From positions 896,650-928,649 of the forward strand of contig NZ_CP048649.1 in assembly GCF_010669305.1 (NCBI RefSeq): 32,000 nt of DNA, given 5' to 3'. A program made the translations under genes and the position numbers. Of this stretch, positions 6,746-15,825 are shown piece after piece. The notes beneath the pieces are model-generated. The model did not search any database and was not told where the DNA came from. It worked only from the letters and a program-made list of their open reading frames with translations. Origin of the DNA: Aminipila butyrica. GTDB taxonomy: Bacteria > Bacillota > Clostridia > Peptostreptococcales > Anaerovoracaceae. The first letter of the stretch is position 1. Every line of letters starts with the position of its first letter.

Positions 6746-9367
6746 GTGGCGAAAAGTAATTTTATAGTAAGAGGCGGAGCTGACTTCTCTGGCATTAAGA
6801 AGGGCCTAGATCAGACCCAGAAGTGGCTAGCTAGTTTTCAGAGCAATATCAGTAGATCATTGAAAGTCGCGGGAACTGGCATTAAGAAGGGCCTAGATCA
6901 GACCCAGAAGCGGCTAGCTAGTTTTCAGAGCAATATCAGTAGATCATTGAAAGTTGCGGGAGCTGTCTTGGGCGGCCTAGCAGTTGGTAAACTTGTTAAA
7001 GATTCTACGGCTATGGCCATGGGCGTTGAAAGTGCTATTGACAATATTGGCCGAAATATGGGCAGCTCCTCTGCCGCCTTTAATAAATGGGCGGAAACCC
7101 AATCAAAAGCTTTTGGAATGGCGAAGGCCGATGCTTACAAATACGGCTCCACCTTTTCCAACCTCCTCAGCAGTTTTTCGGGAAGCACAAAGCAAACAGC
7201 TGATAGCACTCAGGAGCTGATGAAGGCTGCCGCTGTCATATCAAGTAAAACAGGTAGAAGCTATGAAGACACGGCTGAAAGAATCCGATCTGGTATGCTG
7301 GGATCCACCGAGGCGATTGAGGACTTAGGTGTTTACACGAATGTTTCTATGATTGAGAGTACAGATGCCTTTAAAAAGTTTGCAAACGGTAAGTCTTGGG
7401 CACAGCTTGATTTCCAGGTGCAACAGCAGATAAGACTTGCGGCGATACTAGAGCAGACCTATGCTCGTTACGGAGATACCCTGGCTGATACCACACAGAC
7501 CAGGCAAGCCATGTTTATTGCGAGCCTGAAGAATATCCAGCTGAATCTCGGACAGGCTTTTTTGCCTATATATAATGCCGTGCTACCGGTACTAACAGCA
7601 CTTTCGAATAAGATAGAGGCGGTGACTTCTAAACTCAAATACTTCACCCAAGCGATTTTCGGAAAAGCTGTAGCAGGGCCAGTAGCTAAAACGGAAGAAC
7701 AGGCTGCCGCAATCGCTGGAGTAGGAGATGCAGCAGAAACCGCAGGAAAAAAGGCAGCGGCAGCAGGAAAAAAGGCAAAAGGTTCTGTTGCTGGATTTGA
7801 TGAAATCAACTCCCTTGCTGATCCATCCGATTCGTCCGGAAGCGGAGAGAGTTCCTCTGGGGCCGCCATCGCAGAACCGGTTACTGATATTGAGGTGGGG
7901 GAAGACACAAGTGTAAGCTCAGACTTTGAAAGTGCGATTTCTGCCATGAAGAACCGAATAGGGGAAATCAAATCGTATATTGATACATATTTGGCGCCGC
8001 CATTTCAGGAAGCGATAGAGTTGATAAAGCCCAAAATTGGAGAATTTCAATCTATTTTAGCAGGAGTATGGGCCGACATAGGAGCCCATGGTGCTCCGTT
8101 AAAGAACTGGTTCATGTCAGACTTTACACCTTTTTTACAAAACGTAATTAAGTCGATGGGCATTGTTGTTTCTGGACTTTTTGACAGTTTTAATATGGTC
8201 TTTTCGGACATTTGGAAACGTGCGGTATATCCCACTTTAACCAACTTTATATCTGTTGGATTGCCAGTGCTTACAGACTTCTTAAATAAAGCTGTAAGTC
8301 TCTTTACAGTCCTATTTGAAGAAGTAAAGAAAATCTTTGATATGATATGGTCTGAGGCGGTTGCTCCGGCGTTAAGTCTTGTAACTAAAATCTGGATTGA
8401 TACGGTCAATGTTATTGCAGCGACCTGGAATGAATATGGAAACCCAATCTTTGAAGGAATAAAAACAGCGTTTACACTAGTAGGAGAACTACTCAGGACT
8501 GTATGGGAAACCACTTTGAAACCGGTATTCGATACATTCATGGAAACGGTAGATTGGCTCTGGAGCAAACACCTCAAACCGCTGCTCAGTAATGTTACGA
8601 GTTTGGTGGCTGAATTTATTGTCTGTGCCCTAAAAATAATCAATGAATTTATTCTGCCGCTTGTAAAAGAGTTTGTGGAGAGATTTGGTCCGCCGATAGC
8701 TGTAGTATTTGGCACAATAGTAAGCGTACTAGGTACTTTTCTTGCCGTTGCCGCTGACGTGATTGGCGCTGTAATTACGGTGCTTAAAGGCCTTATCCAA
8801 TTTATCACGGGTGTCCTTACAGGAGACTGGTCCAAGGCATGGGAAGGGATAGTAAACATATTCAAGGGAATCTTTGAAGGAATTGGCGGTATTGTACACG
8901 GCGTGGTGAACATCGTTATTGATCTCATTAATGGGATGATACAAGCTGTAACCGTCGGGCTAAACTACGTCATTGATAAACTGAACTCGATCCAGATATC
9001 TATTCCAGATTGGGTTCCGGATATTGGCGGCAGAACCTTTGGAATTAATATAGATAAAATCACAGCCCCAACAATCCCTAAACTTGCAAAAGGCGGCATT
9101 ACAAATGGCCCGACATTGGCTATGATTGGAGACAATCCTGGAGGTCGGGAAGTTGTTTCTCCTCTTGACGATCTTACAAACATGATAGCCAGTGCTGTGG
9201 GCAGTGCCATGATGGGGGCGATGCAGTTTTCCGGAGCCGAACCTGAAAGAGGAGACGGGGATATTATCATAAACCTTAATGACCGAGAATTGGCCAGGGC
9301 CTCTTTAAAATCGCTGAACAAAGAAGCTACACTACTTGGATATAAACCGATTCTACAGACCATATAA
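6746..9367 (+). CDS. Tail tape measure protein
   Basis: 873 aa. GTG start follows AAGGAGGTG. Long helical, low-complexity protein. The C-terminal motif PKLAKGGITNGPTLAMIGDNPGGREVVSPLDDL is typical of TMPs. Position after G/GT. Confidence 0.9.
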   Translation: MAKSNFIVRGGADFSGIKKGLDQTQKWLASFQSNISRSLKVAGTGIKKGLDQTQKRLASFQSNISRSLKVAGAVLGGLAVGKLVKDSTAMAMGVESAIDNIGRNMGSSSAAFNKWAETQSKAFGMAKADAYKYGSTFSNLLSSFSGSTKQTADSTQELMKAAAVISSKTGRSYEDTAERIRSGMLGSTEAIEDLGVYTNVSMIESTDAFKKFANGKSWAQLDFQVQQQIRLAAILEQTYARYGDTLADTTQTRQAMFIASLKNIQLNLGQAFLPIYNAVLPVLTALSNKIEAVTSKLKYFTQAIFGKAVAGPVAKTEEQAAAIAGVGDAAETAGKKAAAAGKKAKGSVAGFDEINSLADPSDSSGSGESSSGAAIAEPVTDIEVGEDTSVSSDFESAISAMKNRIGEIKSYIDTYLAPPFQEAIELIKPKIGEFQSILAGVWADIGAHGAPLKNWFMSDFTPFLQNVIKSMGIVVSGLFDSFNMVFSDIWKRAVYPTLTNFISVGLPVLTDFLNKAVSLFTVLFEEVKKIFDMIWSEAVAPALSLVTKIWIDTVNVIAATWNEYGNPIFEGIKTAFTLVGELLRTVWETTLKPVFDTFMETVDWLWSKHLKPLLSNVTSLVAEFIVCALKIINEFILPLVKEFVERFGPPIAVVFGTIVSVLGTFLAVAADVIGAVITVLKGLIQFITGVLTGDWSKAWEGIVNIFKGIFEGIGGIVHGVVNIVIDLINGMIQAVTVGLNYVIDKLNSIQISIPDWVPDIGGRTFGINIDKITAPTIPKLAKGGITNGPTLAMIGDNPGGREVVSPLDDLTNMIASAVGSAMMGAMQFSGAEPERGDGDIIINLNDRELARASLKSLNKEATLLGYKPILQTI
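6791..6964 (+). repeat. In-frame 87-bp tandem duplication (2 copies, 3 mismatches) in the tape measure N-terminus
   Basis: Copy 1 is 6791-6877 and copy 2 is 6878-6964. The encoded 29-aa units are GIKKGLDQTQKWLASFQSNISRSLKVAGT and GIKKGLDQTQKRLASFQSNISRSLKVAGA. Confidence 0.95.
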
Positions 9368-9379
9368 GGAGGGGAGAAA

Positions 9380-9724
9380 ATGTTAAAAATAAAAGGAATA
9401 GATATGCCAACTCCTTCCGAGCTGAAGGTTGGTATTCAAGACCTTTCTAAGGCAGAAAGAGCCGCTAATGGGCAGATGTTTATTGAGCGGGTTGCCACCA
9501 AACGAAAACTGGAGCCGACCTGGCAGTATCTATCTAATGACGATCTAAGTAGGTTATTTCAAGCCGTTTCGGGTGTGTTTTTTCAGGTAGAATACATAGA
9601 CCCTCAGGATAATGCAAAAAAGACGGGAACCTTTTATGCAGGAGACCGAAAGGCCGGGGCGTTGGATTATCGCAACGGTGTTATACGATATAAAGATATT
9701 TCCGTAAGCCTGGTGGAGAGGTGA
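9380..9724 (+). CDS. Small tail-tip associated protein (function unassigned)
   Basis: 114 aa, directly after the TMP. RBS AAGGAGGGGAG. Assignment is by position only. Confidence 0.4.
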   Translation: MLKIKGIDMPTPSELKVGIQDLSKAERAANGQMFIERVATKRKLEPTWQYLSNDDLSRLFQAVSGVFFQVEYIDPQDNAKKTGTFYAGDRKAGALDYRNGVIRYKDISVSLVER

Positions 9725-9728
9725 TTAC

Positions 9729-11267
9729 ATGCAGTCATTAAGTCAAAACCCATACAGCCCCGAAAGATGGTCAAATATCAAGGTTAGCTTTGAGCTGGTT
9801 GACGTTGATGCGGCGGAGAATGCAGCCGCTTCCGTCACGAGTGAAGCGGCAATATCGGAGCTTGCGCAGACCCATGATCGAGTAGATGGTATGGACAAAA
9901 GGCTAGCATCACTTGAACATAATTACTTCGTCCTGGATGGTTCGTATATTCTACCTGATGAAAGGGATAACGGACAGGTTGGATGGTGGAGCGGAGAAAT
10001 GTCAGAAGCTGATGGCACTTTCACTAACCCACAAGTATTGGAATTTAATTTTACTTCGGGCCAATCCTCCATCGGTTTTACCATAGTGTTCGATGATAAG
10101 GCATATCAGTACGCATCAGATTTTTCCGTAGAAGCTTACGACGGCGACGGCGTGCTCCTGGGTGAGGACGTTGTAGCAGGAAACAACCAGACTGTGTATA
10201 TTTCTGATACTCCGGTAGATGGATACAGAAAAGTTAAGCTTACCTTCTTAAAAACCCCTATTCCATATCGCCGAGTACGAATCGCAGAAGTGGTCTTTGG
10301 TATAGTGCAGATGTTTGACGACACCAATACAACGGAGCTGAATCTTCTGTATGAGATTTCTCCGTGGATGGAGAATATCCCAACTAATGAACTTTCTATA
10401 ACTGTAGAAAACCTTGATCGGCGCTACAACATGATTAACCCTCAGGGAATCTATAAGTATCTGCAAGAGGGTCAAGCACTGGATATCGCAATAGGTGTCG
10501 GTGAGACCCAGTATTCAATTGAACAGGTCAACATGGGGAGAGTTTACTATACCTCCTCCAGTGCCGAAGATAAATCTATGACGGCAAAGCTATTGGCCCA
10601 CGACTGGTTCTATTTCATGGAGGGTATCTGTCGAATTGGAACTACCGGGACCTGGGTAGTTGCTGAGGCGGTTGCGGCGGTAATTGTAGATAGCGAACTG
10701 CCAATTATGACTAATATTCCAGCCCCCGTGGGAGCAAGAATCATAGGCAGGTGCATCCCACCTGATGTCACGCATAAAGAGGCTATTCGGCTAATTGCCC
10801 AGGCAGCTGGAGCGGTCTGCTTTTTCAATCGAGAGGATGAACTGGAATTTGTAGAGCTCGCACTAAGTACTACAGCGGATACCTTAGATAATAGCAAGCT
10901 TACCGAGCCCGCCAAGGTGTCGGTAGCGGACCGTATAAACAAGGTGGAGGTTACTTCTCGGGATGAATACGCTGATATAGAGGCGATTTACACCGCCTCA
11001 AACAAGGAGGCGGGGGAAGTGGACAAAGTACAGACTGTCAACAATCCGCTTGTAATTAGTTCCGATACGGCAGAATGGATTTTGGACGTTTTACAGAAGC
11101 GAATTACTTACAGCCTTCCAGAGAGGGGCAACCCGGCTCGGGAGGTAGGAGATACCGTCAAGATTTATGATGCTTATAACGAGAATCGAAATGCCATTAC
11201 AACCCAAGAAGAATTTTGGTATAGTGGGTACTTAAAGGCCAACACAGAAGCATGGGAGGGGATGTGA
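9729..11267 (+). CDS. Tail tip / baseplate structural protein (Tal-position)
   Basis: 512 aa, in the position of the tail-associated or distal tail proteins. I saw no catalytic motif. Confidence 0.45.
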   Translation: MQSLSQNPYSPERWSNIKVSFELVDVDAAENAAASVTSEAAISELAQTHDRVDGMDKRLASLEHNYFVLDGSYILPDERDNGQVGWWSGEMSEADGTFTNPQVLEFNFTSGQSSIGFTIVFDDKAYQYASDFSVEAYDGDGVLLGEDVVAGNNQTVYISDTPVDGYRKVKLTFLKTPIPYRRVRIAEVVFGIVQMFDDTNTTELNLLYEISPWMENIPTNELSITVENLDRRYNMINPQGIYKYLQEGQALDIAIGVGETQYSIEQVNMGRVYYTSSSAEDKSMTAKLLAHDWFYFMEGICRIGTTGTWVVAEAVAAVIVDSELPIMTNIPAPVGARIIGRCIPPDVTHKEAIRLIAQAAGAVCFFNREDELEFVELALSTTADTLDNSKLTEPAKVSVADRINKVEVTSRDEYADIEAIYTASNKEAGEVDKVQTVNNPLVISSDTAEWILDVLQKRITYSLPERGNPAREVGDTVKIYDAYNENRNAITTQEEFWYSGYLKANTEAWEGM

Positions 11268-11698
11268 TGCCGCTGATACAACCAATTACAAATCGTACCT
11301 TGGCAGACGTCATCTATGCCGATGCCAGGCCGGACAATCAGGAAGCAAGCAAGGGAGCTCTAAATTATACGGACCTAAATCGCATTGAGAGCAACTGCGC
11401 CTATCTGGCCGGGCAGCTCAATACCTACGGGTATAGCATTGACATAACAGTCAAAACCGACTGGATTATGCAGGACTTTCCATACCAGGGGCAGATAGAC
11501 CGAATCCGGCACAATGTGGATGCCTTGCTCGACGCCCTTTATCGTCTGCCGGATAGCCCGCAAATTCGATACTGGAATAGCCTGGATTGGAATGATATAA
11601 ATAGCTTAGAGCAGAACCTTAAAAATATAGATACATTGCTACAGCGCATGGCCGCTGTTTTTTTACGCTGCGGCGACGCTCATGGAGGTGACAGATAA
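11267..11698 (+). CDS. Tail-fibre associated protein
   Basis: ATG 11267 overlaps the upstream TGA by 1 nt. The pattern N.TDLNRIESN..YL...L...GY is recurrent in Firmicute prophage proteins found just before fibres. Confidence 0.4.
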   Translation: MPLIQPITNRTLADVIYADARPDNQEASKGALNYTDLNRIESNCAYLAGQLNTYGYSIDITVKTDWIMQDFPYQGQIDRIRHNVDALLDALYRLPDSPQIRYWNSLDWNDINSLEQNLKNIDTLLQRMAAVFLRCGDAHGGDR

Positions 11699-12889
11699 AT
11701 GAAAGACGGAATTATAAAGGGGGAAGGGACTAGTAGGCTCCTAAAGGCTCCGGCGACGATACCCACGACTTTTGCGGAGTTCCGGACCGCTTTAATCAAC
11801 GGGATGTTGCCGATAGACCTTTTATATAACGCTATCGGCTGGGACGTAGAAGGAACGGCTCTTAATAAGGCTAACCTGCTCACAGACACCGTGGCGGACG
11901 CCCTTGGTCTGGAGAGCGATGAACCTACAGTAAACGAAGCCATAAACGCACTGCTGGCCGTGGCGACTTCGGCGCGAAACGGTCTCATGTCCGCTACAGA
12001 TAAGGTTAAACTGGATGGGGTGGAGGATGAGGCGAACAACTACAGCCATCCAACCAGTCCGGGCAATCGGCATATCCCGACTGGAGGCACGGTGGGACAG
12101 ATACTGCAAAATACAGCGGGTGGTACGGCGACATGGCAGGATTTAGAAGCAGTAAAAACTAAGGTTTCTGAAGCTGTCCGCACTCTCTACGGCCTGACAG
12201 TGGGGGATGCCAATGTAGAGAAAGCACTTCAGGTCTCGATGAATCTGATAAATGTATTGAACAGCATTAGCTATAAGTACGAAACATTTACTTCTAACAG
12301 CGCGTTTACAGTACCTGCTGGGGTTACTAGCGTTTACCTAGTAGGCTGTGCTGCGGGCGCAGATGGCAATAGAGTGTCAAGAGCGTTAGCCGGGGAACCC
12401 TGTATGTTTGAAAAGTATACAGTAACCCCAGGACAGTCGATTCCCGTAACCGTAGGAGCCGGAAATACCGTATTTGGGGTACTTAGGACACTGCTTGCAG
12501 GTAGTCGTGATTTGAGCAGCAATATTTCATTTGGCTCGACCATCCTTGGACTGGATGGAGTTCGAGGCGTGGGGACTGAAGCCACACCTCCAGCAAAACC
12601 AGTTGGGTTTGAAAATGTGGCGGCAGGCGGAATTTTTAAACTCAACTACCCCCATTTTTTTAGAGGCCTGGATTTCAAAATAGGAACGGCTTTGGGTGGG
12701 GCTGGAGGAACCTCTGTTGACAGATACCCTGGATACGGTGGAGTTTTTGGGATGGGAGGGAGTGTCGGAGGCTATAGTGGGTTTGGAGGTGCAAATGCAG
12801 GCGGCTTCGGTGCGGGAGGAGGAAGCGTATCGGCGGCAGGCTCAGCGACTGGCAAAGGCAGTCCGGGATTTTTGATAGTTTTATACTAA
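11699..12889 (+). CDS. Tail fibre / receptor-binding protein with glycine-rich C-terminal domain
   Basis: Contains the fibre repeat motif GLMSATDKVKLDGVE. The C-terminus has GG-rich tracts (GGAGGTS..GYGGVFGMGGSVGGYSGFGGANAGGFGAGGG) and ends GSPGFLIVLY. It shares the block KVSEAVRTLYGLTVGDANVEKAL with ORF 28466. Confidence 0.65.
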   Translation: MKDGIIKGEGTSRLLKAPATIPTTFAEFRTALINGMLPIDLLYNAIGWDVEGTALNKANLLTDTVADALGLESDEPTVNEAINALLAVATSARNGLMSATDKVKLDGVEDEANNYSHPTSPGNRHIPTGGTVGQILQNTAGGTATWQDLEAVKTKVSEAVRTLYGLTVGDANVEKALQVSMNLINVLNSISYKYETFTSNSAFTVPAGVTSVYLVGCAAGADGNRVSRALAGEPCMFEKYTVTPGQSIPVTVGAGNTVFGVLRTLLAGSRDLSSNISFGSTILGLDGVRGVGTEATPPAKPVGFENVAAGGIFKLNYPHFFRGLDFKIGTALGGAGGTSVDRYPGYGGVFGMGGSVGGYSGFGGANAGGFGAGGGSVSAAGSATGKGSPGFLIVLY

Positions 12890-12900
12890 GGAGGAACAGC

Positions 12901-13284
12901 ATGTTTGCGCAAGTATTGAACCACAATCATATCGTATCGCTAATAGGTGGTGCAGAAATGGGCTTACCCATTAAAGATGAAAGGGTAAGCTGTATAGACA
13001 TTGGGGAGAATCCACAAGGGGTACAAACGGGTATGCTTTACGACCCACAGCAAAAAAGTTTTAAATGGGACATTACCGAATTAAGCTTAGAAGAACGGCA
13101 TGATGCGCTATCTATCCAGTATATCCATGAAAAGTATAGCTATGACGACGAAAATAAGATTATGCGGGAATACCTATCTGACATGGAAAACGAAACGTAC
13201 AAGCAAGTGTTTGAGGCATACAATGCCTATGTGCTTAAATGCAAGCAAAAGGCCTATAAAGAAGTTTATGGAGAGGAAAAATAA
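12901..13284 (+). CDS. Hypothetical protein downstream of the fibre (possible fibre accessory)
   Basis: 127 aa. RBS AAGGAGGAA. Assigned by position only. Confidence 0.4.
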   Translation: MFAQVLNHNHIVSLIGGAEMGLPIKDERVSCIDIGENPQGVQTGMLYDPQQKSFKWDITELSLEERHDALSIQYIHEKYSYDDENKIMREYLSDMENETYKQVFEAYNAYVLKCKQKAYKEVYGEEK

Positions 13285-13293
13285 TCAGTTAAA

Positions 13294-13318
13294 ATCACGC
13301 AATGAAGCGTGTTTTTTT
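13294..13318 (+). terminator. Intrinsic terminator
   Basis: CACGC (13296-13300), loop AATGAA, GCGTG (13307-13311), then TTTTTTT. Confidence 0.55.
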
Positions 13319-13358
13319 AATACATTTTTTAAGCCGAAAGGCAGAAAGAGAGGTCATT

Positions 13359-13592
13359 ATGACTAAGGAAGAAAGAGCAAAGCAGAAAGAGTTCACAAAG
13401 AAGTATGATGCAACTATCAGACAAATTGCGGTTGCAGAGAGCAAAGACATGAGTGTGGCTGAGGACATGCTTAAGTATGAGATCCGTGTGCGCCTAGGTA
13501 TGCAGAAGAGAGAAGACATCTACAAAGGCATTCCAGAAGTTTTCAACTGGAAGACGGCAGAAGCAGACTACATGGAACTGATCAAGAAGTAG
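13359..13592 (+). CDS. Hypothetical 77-aa protein in its own terminator-bounded unit
   Basis: ATG 13359 follows AGAGAGG. The track start at 13302 lies inside the upstream terminator loop, so I rejected it. Confidence 0.4.
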   Translation: MTKEERAKQKEFTKKYDATIRQIAVAESKDMSVAEDMLKYEIRVRLGMQKREDIYKGIPEVFNWKTAEADYMELIKK

Positions 13593-13600
13593 GAATGATA

Positions 13601-13620
13601 GGGGCCTTCGGGCTCCCTGT
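13601..13620 (+). terminator. GC hairpin with TTCG loop (weak terminator)
   Basis: GGGGCC-TTCG-GGCTCC followed by CTGTTGTT. Confidence 0.4.
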
Positions 13621-13649
13621 TGTTAAAGTATAAATCTTAATTGTATAAT
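13620..13649 (+). promoter_or_regulatory. Sigma-A-type promoter candidate for the Kelch gene
   Basis: TTGTTA (13620-13625), an 18-nt spacer, then TATAAT (13644-13649), in an AT-rich gap. Confidence 0.4.
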
Positions 13650-13737
13650 AGAAAAATATGTAAAAACAGAATTGAAATAAATGTGGAAACATGAAACAAT
13701 ATTGTTAAAATATACAATAAAGAAAGAAGGAAACAAT

Positions 13738-15099
13738 ATGAGACGATTTATAGCAATTTTAATGACATTGTGTATGGTACTAGGCATGTCGAGTGTGAGT
13801 GCTTGGGCGGCAGAAGCGGAAGGATGGCAGACTAAAATGATGATGCCCACATCTCCATATCGATTTGACACTTGTGTAGTAGGAGATCGCATTTTTGTTC
13901 TAAGTGGAGAAAAGAGTAATTTGGTTACAATTTATAACACTAAAACCGACACGTGGAAAATGGGAACTCCCATGCCTGAAATACCAGACTCCACTATGGC
14001 TGTTGCCGTAGGAAATAAAGTATATGCTATATGCAGGAATACTGCTCTTGGTGGCTTTATGCAAATATATGATCTATCTACAAATACATGGACAGTTGAG
14101 AAGAATATGTCTAACTTAAAAGAAGGTATGGGCGTGGCTGTTATTGGAGATAATTTATATATGCCTACTTGGAATTATTTAGATTCCACAACAAATATGT
14201 CAATATATGATACGGTATCAAAAACGTGGATAAGCAGTGAGAAAAAAACTCCTATAAAAACTGCCATGTATGCGGTGTGTACACAGGGGACAAACATTTA
14301 TTTGGTTGGGGGAAGTGATGATAGTCGTGCGTTGCAAGTGTACGATTCAACGGCAGATACATGGAAAGTTTTAAAAAGCATGCCAACGGCCAGGAAGTAT
14401 TTAACTGCTGTTGTGGTAGATAATAAAATTTATGCAATGGGGGGAGAGCTTAAAGGTGTTACTAATGTGGTGGAGGTTTATGATATAGGACAAGACAGTT
14501 GGAGTAAGGGGGTACCCATGCTTATAGAGAGACATAGTTTCTCGTCAGAAGCAGTTAATGGAAAGATTTATGCAATAGGGGGGAAGGGAACCTCTGGAAG
14601 TTTAAATTCAATAGAAGCTCTTCAAGTAGGAAACCCAGATAGTGAAACATCTAATAAATTATCCGTATTATTAAACACCACCGAAAACGTCCAGCTCAGC
14701 ACAGCTTTTGACTTAGCCAACAACCAGAACTTCACCTGGTCGTCTACCAACGATGCTGTAGCCACAGTGGACAGTAATGGCAAAGTAACCGCTGTCAGTG
14801 CTGGCGATACAGATATTTATGCTGAGAACGCAGATGGCACTTTTAAGGAGTATATCCCTGTGAAAGTGGTAGAAGGAATTGCAGATGAATTACGTCTGGC
14901 GGTTCACTTAAAAGCGGGAGAGAAAGCAAAGCTATATCTGACAGACGACCCCAGTCTAGTAACCTGGAGTTCTATGGATGAAAGCATTGCGACAGTGTCT
15001 GCTGAGGGGCAAGTTACAGGTGTAAAGAAAGGTCTAGCTATCGTTAAAGCAGAGCTAGAGGGTGAGACTTATCAAATCTATGTACGTGTAAATGGATAA
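13738..15099 (+). CDS. Secreted Kelch-repeat beta-propeller protein with two C-terminal Big_2 (bacterial Ig-like) domains
   Basis: ATG 13738 follows AGAAGGAAAC. Signal peptide MRRFIAILMTLCMVLGMSSVSAWA. Repeated units of the type ..W....MP..R......V..KIYA.GG. Two Big_2-like units (FTWSSTNDAVATVDSNGKVTAVSAGDT and VTWSSMDESIATVSAEGQVTGVKKGLA). Low GC. Confidence 0.8.
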   Translation: MRRFIAILMTLCMVLGMSSVSAWAAEAEGWQTKMMMPTSPYRFDTCVVGDRIFVLSGEKSNLVTIYNTKTDTWKMGTPMPEIPDSTMAVAVGNKVYAICRNTALGGFMQIYDLSTNTWTVEKNMSNLKEGMGVAVIGDNLYMPTWNYLDSTTNMSIYDTVSKTWISSEKKTPIKTAMYAVCTQGTNIYLVGGSDDSRALQVYDSTADTWKVLKSMPTARKYLTAVVVDNKIYAMGGELKGVTNVVEVYDIGQDSWSKGVPMLIERHSFSSEAVNGKIYAIGGKGTSGSLNSIEALQVGNPDSETSNKLSVLLNTTENVQLSTAFDLANNQNFTWSSTNDAVATVDSNGKVTAVSAGDTDIYAENADGTFKEYIPVKVVEGIADELRLAVHLKAGEKAKLYLTDDPSLVTWSSMDESIATVSAEGQVTGVKKGLAIVKAELEGETYQIYVRVNG

Positions 15100-15117
15100 T
15101 TTATAAAACAGTCAGAG

Positions 15118-15140
15118 CCACGGAGCAATCCGTGGTTTTC
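15118..15140 (+). terminator. Intrinsic terminator after the Kelch gene
   Basis: CCACGGA-GCAA-TCCGTGG followed by TTTT. Confidence 0.65.
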
Positions 15141-15173
15141 TTGTATCCAGAATTTTTATTATAACTGAAAACC

Positions 15174-15198
15174 GGGCACGCGCATGCGTGTCTTTTTA
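15174..15198 (+). terminator. Second hairpin plus T-run upstream of the lysin gene
   Basis: CACGC-GCAT-GCGTG followed by TCTTTTTA. Confidence 0.45.
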
Positions 15199-15234
15199 TA
15201 TGCCTTTAAGCTAAAGGCGGAAAGGAAAAGAATT

Positions 15235-15816
15235 ATGCAGCTACAACATCTACCATATACCCCTCTGCGCATCACATCCGGATTCGGCCCGAGAAAGACC
15301 AACATTGCCGGAGCATCTACCGACCATATGGGTGTGGACATAGGGACGGACAAAAGCAAGCCATACACGGCTACAGACGGCGGACCGGTGACGGCTGCTC
15401 TGCCCGGGACCGTAGTCAGCAGTTACTACAATAACTTGCGGGGTTGGGTGGTCCTCCTGGACCACGGCACCATAGAAGGCCAAAACATAAAAACCTTATA
15501 CCAGCACCTAAAGCAAGCCGGAAGTGCCGTGGGAACAAAAGTAAAAGCTGGGGACCGTATCGGCACCATGGGCAACACCGGCGTGGGCGCCCAGCTCCAT
15601 TTGCACTTTGAGTTGCGGGTTAATAACACTTGCGTAGACCCAGAGCCGTATTTGAAAAACATCAAGGAGGTAAAAACCATGGAAAATATCACATTAGATG
15701 AAGCGAAGAGAATTGTCAAAGAAAAAGCAGGTTTGGATGACAACACCATCCAGTACCTGCTTTTCTATAAGTACGGCGAAACGCTGGTGAAGAAGATTGC
15801 CGTAGCGGTGCAGTAG
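15235..15816 (+). CDS. Peptidase M23 (LytM-type) endolysin candidate
   Basis: Carries HMGVDIG (HxxxD) and LHLHFE (HxH) zinc-site motifs and GNTG. The start at ATG 15235 gives MQLQHLPYTPLRITSGFGPR, which matches the second copy at 31854. Followed by holin-type genes. Confidence 0.8.
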   Translation: MQLQHLPYTPLRITSGFGPRKTNIAGASTDHMGVDIGTDKSKPYTATDGGPVTAALPGTVVSSYYNNLRGWVVLLDHGTIEGQNIKTLYQHLKQAGSAVGTKVKAGDRIGTMGNTGVGAQLHLHFELRVNNTCVDPEPYLKNIKEVKTMENITLDEAKRIVKEKAGLDDNTIQYLLFYKYGETLVKKIAVAVQ

Positions 15817-15825
15817 GGAGGCCAT

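Noticed and set aside
6791-6964. Considered whether the 87-bp tandem repeat (and the 42-bp repeats at 30775-30900) could be a CRISPR array or satellite
   Set aside because: There are only 2-3 directly abutting copies with no spacers. They are in frame inside long ORFs and encode repeated peptide units.
7468-9363. Minus-strand ORFs inside the tape measure gene (7468..7971, 8047..8928, 8729..8944, 8965..9363)
   Set aside because: Antisense frames of a long biased-composition gene, with no start context or recognisable motifs. The same reasoning applies to the antisense ORFs within 3854-4494, 10136-10942, 11680-12926, 23048-24086, 25255-25830, 26063-26832, 27300-27686 and 28537-29115.
12161-12232. 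Considered a diversity-generating retroelement (template/variable repeat pair) to explain the similar fibre blocks at about 12161 and about 28700
   Set aside because: No reverse transcriptase gene is in the window. The nucleotide differences involve all base types rather than adenine-specific substitutions. The blocks are upstream of the C-terminal tips, not at them.
13681-13737. N-terminal extensions suggested by the ORF track for several genes (219, 2770, 3444, 4939, 5870, 13302, 13681, 15184, 16387, 18814, 19273, 26045)
   Set aside because: In each case an internal ATG with a clear Shine-Dalgarno sequence gives a sensible N-terminus (a signal peptide, or a match to the paralogue). The extension also overlaps terminators or upstream genes.
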